From: Tubiluchus corallicola | Lineage: Eukaryota; Animalia; Priapulida | Length of the DNA stretch: 64,000 bases | Reading direction: 5' to 3' | Assembly: GCA_030141605.1 (NCBI GenBank) | Contig: JAQGDQ010002367.1 | Coordinates: 930,001-994,000, forward strand | In this document: positions 54,750 to 64,000 of the stretch, piece after piece | Layout of the letters: each line of letters begins with the position of its first letter | Numbering within the stretch: the stretch's first letter is position 1 | The notes under the pieces: generated by a model | What the model saw: only the letters and a program-made list of their open reading frames with translations | Told to the model about the DNA's origin: nothing | The model's database searches: none | Position numbers and translations under genes: made by a program

Positions 54750-57700
54750 ACAACTGATACATACTCAAGCTTTGGCCGAACCAGTTTTTTATACAGTGTT
54801 GGTTATACCAATATCCAGGAAAAAGGCTGTTGATATTTGTGCTAAACGTAATACTTTGATGTGCCCTGCAGTTTAACTTCTACAGAAATTGCTAGTTGAA
54901 TTGCTTGTGATATTTGTAAAAATAGTGGCATAAAGTTTGTGCACTTATGTTCTTACAAAGATTTGGTGAAGTATAAAAAATATAAAATTGATTTTGTTTG
55001 TGCTATTTGTGTTCCTGGTAGAAAGTCATCTAACAAGGAGCCGGATTCACAGGATACAAGTGACATCGTTCAATCTTGCGAAAATAAACTTGACCATTTG
55101 ATTTCTGTTCTCTTTGAAAATTTTAGCTGTATAGCAGACATTTCTTCTAATAGTTCTAGTGGCAGCAGTAGTTACTCTAGTGGCAATGGCAATCTTATTT
55201 CATCAAGTAATGCTAAGAACTTTTATAAAAATTGTTGTGTTTATAGTTTAGACAGAATTGTAGTTGTAAATAAAGTTGATGACCTTTGTGCCTTTAAAAA
55301 CAGTGCTGCTATAATAAAAGAATTGAAGAAGATTCCTTACATCTCCCAAAAAGTTGAATTGGCACATAGCTTAGCTGGTGGAGGTATTGCCCTTTATACT
55401 CATTAGGGTGAATCTGCTTCAGATATCATCAGTCACTGGCCTCGAGGTCAAGTGTATGGTAGTTCAGTTGTAGTCCGTCTGCCAAAGCGTGCTGATCCTA
55501 ACGCAAAATCTAATGTTTGTTACATTAAAAATGTACCTAGAGACAATTACTGGGATAATAATTGTGCAGCAGCTAAAAAAATCTTAATTTTCATCGGAAA
55601 AAGTTTCATGAGCGAAATCTTCCCCAGAACAAATTTAAATTGTTGGAAGCAGAAGTATGTTTTACTTACGCAATTGACATTGCTCTCCTGTTTTTGAGGA
55701 TTCTTGAGAAATTTGATATTCTTCAAAATTGTTTTTTGATGTAAAGCATATCTGCCAAAGAAATTTTGATGATAGTTTCAAAAGAAATGTTGAGGAAAAG
55801 CTAGCTTCAAAAGATGTTTGTCCAGCAAGGTCTGGAATTCATTGTTCTTTTGCACTAAAGGAGTATATAATGCAATTAGCCACTTGAAGGCAAGTAAATC
55901 ACCTGGTCCTGATGAATATCCTCCTGGGTTATTTATACACTGTGGGAGCAATTTGAAGCACATATTATTGAAGAGTTTTAAGTCATGGACCAATAGAATT
56001 CTACAGACAGCTTGGACTTGTGCAAATGTTAAGTTCATCAGGAAACAAGGCAAGGATGACTATTATGTACCCTCTTTTTATTGTCGTATTAACTTGACAT
56101 CATTCATTTGTAAAATTATGGTAAGATTAGTACTTTTTAAATTAAATACGGCAATTGATACATATAATATAATAATACTGATACACAACAAGATGGTTTT
56201 AGGAAGTTCTGTTCTATAATTCACCCTGTTTACGACTTTGTACAAACTATATGTGATGGCTTTAATAATGCTAATCAAACAGTAGCTTGTTTCTTGGATT
56301 TGGAGAAAGATTATGACCGTGTATGGCGAGATGGACTTCCTATCAAGATATATAATGTTCGCATTGCTGGCAGATTACAGTATGGATTAAAGGTTTCTTA
56401 TCAAACAGACATGCTAGACATCTGATTAATGGCTATCAAGGGCCAGTATTGCTTCTTCTAAGGGATTACCAAAAGTGAGTGTTATTTCAGCATCTTTATT
56501 CAACATTTTCATAGCTGAAATATGTTCAAGTCTGTACAGGAAAATCATTGCAAGCATGCAGATGATGGTACTTTATGGCACACTGATTCAGGTGTCATCA
56601 GTCTAGCTTCATTAGTTTGTTCTGATGTGGAACATATTATTAACTGGCGTTCTTTATGGCATATGTCACTTAATTTAAGTAAAACTGAAGTTACTGTGTT
56701 TAGTAGAGTTCCTAATATACTACCTAGTAATTCTCCTTTTTGTGTTTATAATGTGTTGTTAGAGCAAAATCAATTTCCAAAGCTACTTGGCATAACCCTA
56801 GATAAGAAATTAACCTTTCATCCCCCACACTGTCAAACTATGAATGAAAGCTAGCAAAGTTCCTTCAGTCGTTAGAGAAATAAGAGGTATTGTTAATATT
56901 TCAACTTTGTATAAATAAATGCCTTGTTTGTTCATTGATGAAATATGGTGTCATATAGTTAAACGCAAGGCTTTGTCTTTATGTCTTGATCTCCCTTCGA
57001 CTGCTGGTGTTGAAGTATTGGAGGTTGTTAGTAGTGTACCTCTGTTACAGAGCTTGCAAAAATTGAATCAAAACCACTATCTAATCCTCTGAAACAACAA
57101 CTAGAAGATTTTAAAGCAGTTGGTTTGGGTAATATCAGATTTGTTTCTCTTAAGGCAAAAGCTGCTTCTTTGGCATGGGAGGTGGAGAAGAACTGGAATG
57201 CTATTATTTCTCAAGTGGTTCCGGCAGTTGATTTCGATCTAAATGACAATTTTACAGATATTCCTGTGGCTAAACCTAACTATTGGAATGTACTAGGATC
57301 CTCAAACAATAGGTCAGAGAAGCACAAGAACTTCTTGGGAAAGCCTTTGTTATAAATTCTTTATGCAGTCTTTCAGATAATGCTGTTTTAGCATTTACAG
57401 ATGGTTCTTGTACAGACAATCCTGAACAATGTGGAACAGGAGCAGTAATTTATTCAAATATTCACAATTAATCTTTGTAGCTACAGATACTAAAAATGTT
57501 ACAGTTTTTTCAGATAGTAAATCTTCAGTAGCATTGTATCTTTAGGATGATCTTGTAACTGTTACGAAGATCTACATGACAGCATAAAAATTATGTTAAA
57601 TTTCATTATAGTATTGATATTCATGTTAACTTCTTTGTATAGATTCTTGGACATCGTAATATTATTAGAAATGATCTTACTGATTCCTTCACTAAAAGGG

Positions 57701-58340
57701 CTGCCCATGATGCTCAATTTGTGGTCATAAATTCCTGTATTTACAGTTTGCAAGATGTCAGGAATGCAAGCCGGTAACTTTACTACGTAAATGGTAGTTT
57801 CGACGGAATCACTAGCTTCAAATGGTAGATTCTTCTATAATTTGTGTTCACCAGTGGTTTTCAATAGAAGACTTGATTTTCAAAGTCACAGTTTTCCAAA
57901 CTTACGCAAGAGCTACCCTAAACTTAATTATTATTTTCATACAATTGGAAGTGTCGATTCTCCACCATGCGAGTGCGGTTCAATGAAATCTACAGAGCGC
58001 ATTTTTGTCTGTGTGTGTGTTTCATGCTAATCAAAGGGATGTGCTGCTATACAATATTTCCCGACATACTGGCTATCTAATTTCAAGCTAGTTGATATAT
58101 TGTCAAGTGAAGTCACTGATCAAGATGATGTTGATATTGAGGCCATAATAAAAGATCTTTGTTCTTTTATAGATAGCACTGAACATGTAAACAAGAAGAC
58201 ATTATTATATTGCGTCAGTGTTGGAGTCATAGCCCCGTATTCTCTTTATTTCAGCTTTTAGAAAGAAATTTTTCATTGTGATAAACAGCTCATATTGTGG
58301 TGATTAAAGCATTTATGTGAACATTTTGTCGATAAACATT
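54750..58340 (+). mobile_element. Degenerate non-LTR retrotransposon (I-group-like): Cys-rich ORF1 remnant, RT, RNase H and C-terminal Cys motif, many stops and frameshifts
   Basis: KSPGPD, RINLTSFICKIM, FLDLEKDYDRVWRDGL, HADDGTLW, NLSKTE, LGITLDKKLTF (55818-56854); RNase H AFTDGSC (57391), VFSDSKSSV; SPPCECG (~57960). Confidence 0.88.
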
Positions 58341-58395
58341 GGTGTGGAGACTATAACTTTAAATGACATTATTTATTATTAAGTAATATTCTTAC

Positions 58396-58586
58396 ATTTG
58401 AGCTCCCATTAGTCTTGCTGTGCAAGGTGAGAAAATGTTATCAGTTGGACTTGTAAATTTTTCGCTCAGCTGCCTTCTTTTTACAGCGGCTGGCGTTGCC
58501 GATGCTGTTCCGCAATTTTGTGATGATGCCAAGTTATGGGCCTGGCTGACATCATTCAAAGAACCTGCGTCTTCTTTGGTTGACAT
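58396..58586 (-). CDS. Spo12-like small protein, exon 1
   Basis: aaaATGT start; KRRQLSEKFTSPTDNIFSPCTARL resembles the Spo12 essential motif (F.SPTD...SPC..KL, from recall); AT|GTAAG donor. Confidence 0.75.
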
Positions 58587-59979
58587 TTTCGAATAACACA
58601 AGCGAAGGTACACATTCAAATACGAGTTCGCTCAGTACGTCACTGTGACTTTGCACACTGCGAAAATTTAAAATTCCCTCCTGCTAATCCTATGATAGCT
58701 GGCTTCAACAATATGCATTATCTTTGTAACTGTAGTGCAAAATGAGAAGAGGCCAGTCACCAGTGTGATTTCTTGATTTTAATCGATCTGATAAACGTCC
58801 GTCAGACAAACCAAAGACAGCCTGCATAATTTATCAAGGCTTAACAAAACTCTTTAATAATCGAGGCCAAATTTAACAGGAACACAAGAGTTTTAGCAGT
58901 GATGAAACTATGCATCTGCAGACCATGCAGTTTGCCATATTAGTGAAGACCTTATTGTGAAGAAGTCACCAAGCGAACCGAAGTAGTGCATAATAACTAG
59001 AAACTTTCTCCTGCATGAAATCAGAAATAAAGAAATTAGCTTAATATTTAAAGTTATAACAGTTTTATAACTGAGACTTTAATGGATCTCCTCTGTAAGG
59101 AAATGACTATTGATGAAATATTGTAAGTTGACCTGAATGCTTAACATATGGCGAACTGATTCAATTATGATTAAATTTTATCTACTCCGTGCAAAAGCAT
59201 TTCTCCATTATCTTTCAAAGTACTTTTACCTTACTGTAAGAGAGAAAGTTGACAATAAATGATCAATGATAAGCTTAGGCCTAGGGCGAGGTTTAATTTA
59301 GTTATAATCGTTTTATTTAACATAAGATATAACGTGTGCAAAAGATATAAAAAAACTATTATTGGCTAATTATGAAAATTATTAAAGGTTTCATTTCGCT
59401 TCTCTCTCTCATTTCATAGGAGCTATGTCAGTTAGCTTTTGATCAAACTGTTTTCTTTTTTTCACATTTTTAAACACTTTGATTTATGGATTCTGTCAGC
59501 TGGACATCTCTATATAGGAGTACGACTTGTTAGCAACGATGCCGTAAAATAATATTCTCTTATCTGAAATTCTGTTAACTTATATCTCAGGTAAATGTTT
59601 ACTTTATATTTTTCTTTGAATTGGTTATTGAACCAGTGTACACTTATATAAATTACATGATGAAATTGTTTTTCAATCGAAAATATAATTAATACTAAAC
59701 TCCTATGCTACATTACCATATCTATTTATTTGCCCTTTTATTTTTGTATTGTTTTTGTTGTTGTATACATCAGTGGTTTGCATTTTTTGCATAATATTAA
59801 ATATTTCGCAACATATGATTTTGATTTGCATGTAAATGGTAATGATGATATTCTTGGATTTTTATAATTATAATATTAGCTTAACACTATTGCATTTATA
59901 TTTTGTTACGATTTTGTATGAATTTTTGTTTTACGCACTTTTAATACGTTCATAAGATGCATGTTTTCTTGTTATTGAG

Positions 59980-60341
59980 TATACCGAGTTATTACTAGAA
60001 CTCCTCAAATTCGAGTTACATGCAAATTATGCTATTTTTAGCATGCTAGTACAATTTATTTCTTTTTTTGCTCATTTAGAATGTGAAATTTCGTTTTTGG
60101 CGTTTTTCTTTTATGTTATATAGATATAAACAAGTGCACAATTCAATATTTCATTATTTTTGATTAGTTATCGTCTGCACTACATGCAAAATATTTATAA
60201 CAGAACTGAGTTGGGGTGGCTGATACGATAACGCACGTTCTTCGCCACCCCTTCCCATTTGATTGGCTATTATAATTATGCCACTAAGCTTTAATCGATG
60301 TTGTATGTGGGAAAAACAATAAATGATTTGATTTGATTTGG
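59980..60341 (+). mobile_element. L2/CR1-type LINE 3' UTR remnant
   Basis: 3' hairpin GGGTGGC...GCCACCC, then AATAAA and (TGATT)n tail. Confidence 0.5.
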
Positions 60342-60869
60342 ATCAATGGTTTTAGTGTTGGGAATGGCTTCATTCAGCCGCCTTCAGAATTGGCCAGATA
60401 TATAACAATATGTCTCCTAACCCTCCTCACAATACATCAAAGGCACTGGGCACCCTATAGTTAAAAGCAAAATTACAACAGATATCAACACAGCCTAGCC
60501 GTGTCATGATAACCCACATACTAGCATGTGAACACACATTGGCAATTGCCAACCATCCCCTAATTATGATTAAATGATAAAATGTTACTAACTGCCAGCA
60601 TAACTGGTCATAGAAAATGAAATACTACCAGTGGTCAGTTGCATTCAAGCTACACAGTTGCCTATTTAGACAGTTTACACTCTTATGCCAGGAAACGTTG
60701 TGACACTCATCATTACAATTTGCCGAAAATCAGGACCATCATTGTATCCACAACCTGAAACTACAGCACTAGCAGTGAAGTTTTACGTCTTCCTTATATG
60801 CAAGGAAGTATTGAACAATTAGTCAAGATGCCTACATCAGCTCTGACTAATACTCTGTGGTTCTTGTGC

Positions 60870-61172
60870 CAGGGCCGAATTATCCTATATGCTGGTATAT
60901 CGGACTCCAAGCTTTGGTAGAATTTGGTAAAAAATCTGTTTATTCACTACAGCTGTGCTGAAATTGTGTGCTAATTTGGTTTTCAAGAAATAGTAAAATG
61001 TCGTGTTTCTCAGAGATTAGTTTTATTGACAAACTGATGTTTACTTCATTGCAATAAATTTACTTCAAACTATGAAAAATGTTGCAAGTTAAATGGTCTC
61101 CCCACCCAAAGAGGCTTCATAGTTTCATTAGCTTAAGCCCCAAGGGCCCCAATAGTTCATAATCCGGCCCTG
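60870..61172. mobile_element. hAT-like MITE, same TIR family as 44559-44839
   Basis: CAGGGCCGAATTAT ... ATAATCCGGCCCTG; no clear TSD. Confidence 0.7.
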
Positions 61173-61952
61173 GTTATCATTCAATATAAAGTTGATTGTT
61201 GTGCGAGTTGCCTTTTGTCGTGCTGATACTCATTTCTAATATTATAGCAAAAGGGATATCAAATCTTGCTGAAACATACAGAACCAGAACCACTGCATGT
61301 GAGCTGCTTGCTTACATGTACACACATGGAGGACATCAAATTTTGATGCTCTTGATAGTTAAAGACATTAAAAGAGAAAAATGTTATAGTTCATAACATT
61401 GCAAATGCATCAATGGTTAAACTACGACTTCATCTCATACAACAGTTGCATTTTTCTGATTCTTTTAATGTGAATGTTTCATTAGTTGTTCTGTCTCAAG
61501 ATCGCATAAAAACATTAAAGTCGCAAAATGTATGCTCATGTATCATTTTAATATACAGCTAACAATTTACAAGTGCCCACAAATATATCAGTCACACTAA
61601 TGACAGATAATGCTATTAAGAAATAACATTCATATAACAAATTTCATAGAACAGAATTAATCATTTAGATTTTAGAATGTTACAATAATGAGCCCAATAT
61701 AACTTTTACAGTGAGGCTGTATAATTGCACATGAATGTGATTATGCTATTAAGACAAGCACATTAATTCGCTGTTGTGAACCAAAATTTACAGTCCATAT
61801 CCAGCAAATTATTATTATGACTTTCGAAAAATCTGGTACCAATATGTACAAGATGTTTTTGTACCCTTTTACCACTAATTAATCATTATTTACAAAAAGA
61901 AATGAATACTTCTCAAAATCAAATTTAGACAAAATATAAATTATTTCATTTA

Positions 61953-62636
61953 CTACATAAGATCCGGGAACAAGTCTGAAAAAGACTCTTGCCAAGCTTC
62001 TTCATCAGTAGCTGGGGATGCTGCACTTACAGGTGAGCCAAGATCACTTTCACCTGTGCTATACCCAGATTCCGAAGACGTGTTGGGCGACTTGCCATGT
62101 ATTCCAGGCGTGTTTAAAGGTGAACACGAAGACAACATATTATCCCATATGCTGGGATTGTAGTGCGTATTAACCTTTAATGGAGTGTTAATATCGGTTG
62201 ATAGTTCACTACGAATTCCTTCAATACCGGTACAGGATACATTAGAAAATCCACCAGATTGCAGAAAAGAATCAAACTCACTAAGATCAAGATCCATTAA
62301 TTCTGAAAAATCATCAGTTGATGGCAAAGTATTGCCAAGTTCTGTGTATTCTGTAAGAGAATTTCCTCTATAAAGTACATCGACTTCTGAAGAAGTGTCT
62401 TTGTTAGCACTATAATTATCATTAGTGCAACTGATATCCTGATCGACAATGGAAACACTTTCCGCTTCTGTTTTTACTTCTTCTTCATGATCAATTGAAG
62501 TGAGCTCATCGGCATTTTCAGCCTTGTAGTAAATGTGGTCGAATCTTATGAATTCATTGATGGCGTCCACATTCTTTGGTGTGCTCCCCACCATTTTATG
62601 ATTGGATTTAAAACGCTTGTCTTCAACTTTGGCATT
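61953..62636 (-). CDS. XBP1: XBP1 last exon, spliced (XBP1s) frame: acidic transactivation domain
   Basis: tttcag|AAT acceptor; INEFIRFDHIYYK, SESGYSTGES, WQESFSDLFPDLM* are XBP1s signatures; in frame with the upstream exon only after removal of the 23-nt intron. Confidence 0.96.
   Translation of the reverse strand, partial: NAKVEDKRFKSNHKMVGSTPKNVDAINEFIRFDHIYYKAENADELTSIDHEEEVKTEAESVSIVDQDISCTNDNYSANKDTSSEVDVLYRGNSLTEYTELGNTLPSTDDFSELMDLDLSEFDSFLQSGGFSNVSCTGIEGIRSELSTDINTPLKVNTHYNPSIWDNMLSSCSPLNTPGIHGKSPNTSSESGYSTGESDLGSPVSAASPATDEEAWQESFSDLFPDLM
62546..62636 (-). CDS. XBP1: XBP1 unspliced (XBP1u) frame C-terminus, arrest-peptide-like
   Basis: Overlapping frame reads MPKLKTSVLNPIIKWWGAHQRMWTPSMNS* (TAA 62546-62548). 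Confidence 0.85.
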
Positions 62637-62951
62637 CTGAAATAAAAATGATTTATAAATATCTTGCTAAATTGAAACACTCAACGTAACAGTAAAAGTA
62701 GAATCTTAAAATCCAGATACAAAAACTTTGCCGTCACGCACACTTCTACATGTGTATTTGTGCACAAGAAATTTATTAAAAATAGCTAAGACAACAGCTG
62801 ACATTCAACAAGTCCTTCAGTTTTCTTAAAAATTTAAACAGCCTGACTCCTGACAAATTTAAACTGATCATACAGTATGTCAAAAATGAACGCAATACGG
62901 ATTTTACAAATATATCTTTTACAGTTTTAAGAGATAAAATCGCCAACAAAC

Positions 62952-63256
62952 CTGCTCTGACTGTTCAACTTCATCATCCGTTTCAGACGAAAGTCCGTCA
63001 ACGATGAAGGATAAGAGATCTCGCTCAGTACAATCAGGAACAGAAACGTTACTGAAAATGCCATCCAATGAGAGACTGCACGAGCCTGCTCCTGCTGCAG
63101 AGGAAGCATTTTGAATACTGCGGATTCAACTGACTCGTCCTTTCTCTCACTGGGGACATCATCTACACCCAAACGCTTCTTCAGTATTGCGTTTTCACCA
63201 CGCAGCAACTTAACTTCGTCTGTAAGTGCTTTGTTGTCAGACTGTAATGATCGATT
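62952..63256 (-). CDS. XBP1: XBP1 exon: end of leucine zipper, IRE1 splice region, HR2; basic-region exons lie beyond the window end
   Basis: acag|AAT ... CAG|gtttgt; NRSLQSDNKALTDEVKLLRGENAILKKRLG...ESAVFKMLPLQQEQ. Confidence 0.95.
63098..63120 (-). other. 23-nt unconventional IRE1-excised intron of XBP1
   Basis: CCG^CAGTATTCAAAATGCTTCCTCTG^CAGC; two hairpins with 7-nt CNG^CNGN loops (TTGAAT/ATTCAA and TCCT/AGGA stems). Confidence 0.95.
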
Positions 63257-64000
63257 CTGTAAAAATAAATTAAAGAGAGTTTATAGATAAAAGAAAAAAC
63301 CTAAAAATTGCAAAAAATACAGTAAACTATATATAACTCCAACTGGTATAACAGAATTCTTGCGCATCTCGAACAGATACTCGTGGAACAAATTTTTTTC
63401 CTTTAACAAGCAACTCGAAATCTCTAACTGAAACCGAAATCCCGGTCCAATTCTTAAGAATCTGATTGAAATTGCCTCGCTTATCTCGAACAGCCTCCCA
63501 AGCAAGAAGTCCTACGCAAAAGTGTGCACCACATTATGCTAGTTTCAGCAAAAATGCTAAAATTTCTTGTATTACCTTAGCAGAGCATTGCAAACACCAC
63601 GGCTCAACGAACGTGGTTTAATGTAGATCACAATATTGTTATTGCAAAATTGTTAAAACCATGCTACTCAGACTACAATAAAGGTGGGTCAGTCATTTTA
63701 TTTTTGGTTTGTGTTAGGTATTTGATTAAAGGCTTAGTTTGTCACTTTCGCAGGCTGTAGTGTTACTAGTGTATTGTCCGACACTGATGAATGACTCAGT
63801 CTTGTTTTCTTACGAACATCGTCTTACTCGTACTTTCGCATAACTCAAACAAATTTTCCGGTCCCGAGGTGTTTAAGTTAAACGTAGCTTACTGTAGTGA
63901 TCAGTTTAGCTCTTTTAAATTCAACTTTTGTGATGTTTTGACCAATTTACTCCGAGTCAATTGTCAGATGTGATAATGTCATAACGAAAAAATCAGCTAA

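Noticed and set aside
62185-62373. Plus-strand 62-aa ORF
   Set aside because: Antisense shadow of the XBP1s coding exon.
62927-62951. ORF-track C-terminus FVGDFIS* as the XBP1u end
   Set aside because: It reads through the CAG|GTTTGT donor into the intron; the spliced unspliced-frame product continues in the next exon.
6932-63120. Functional clustering of translational-control genes (readthrough, uORFs, IRE1 splicing, pausing)
   Set aside because: Nothing in the sequence links these genes regulatorily; adjacency in a eukaryotic genome is most simply coincidence unless synteny is conserved.

Overview
AT-rich, intron-rich invertebrate (metazoan) genomic DNA containing four protein-coding genes. 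(1) The 3' exons of a TMEM8/PGAP6-family CREST membrane hydrolase (+). (2) An FBXL2/FBXL20 F-box/LRR gene (+), with 12 clear exons at 35472-48698, one GC-AG intron, a C-terminal CaaX and candidate far-upstream first exons. (3) A small two-exon gene (-) encoding a 102-aa protein with a fungal Spo12-type S-P-T-D-x-x-x-S-P-C-x-x-x-L motif and a KEN box. (4) The 3' part of XBP1 (-), with a 23-nt IRE1 intron and dual-frame coding. The most striking signal is at the TMEM8 stop: AAA-TGA-CAA-TTA (CARYYA leaky-stop context) is followed by 56 more open codons and by a perfect 14-bp long-range RNA stem starting 8 nt after the stop, the architecture of programmed stop-codon readthrough. Introns and intergenic DNA hold a 2.7-kb 38-bp minisatellite with higher-order structure, a foldback-like element, several MITEs, LINE/SINE remnants and a Penelope fragment with a decayed hammerhead core. 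All gene models were assembled by eye and family calls are from recall, without database searches.
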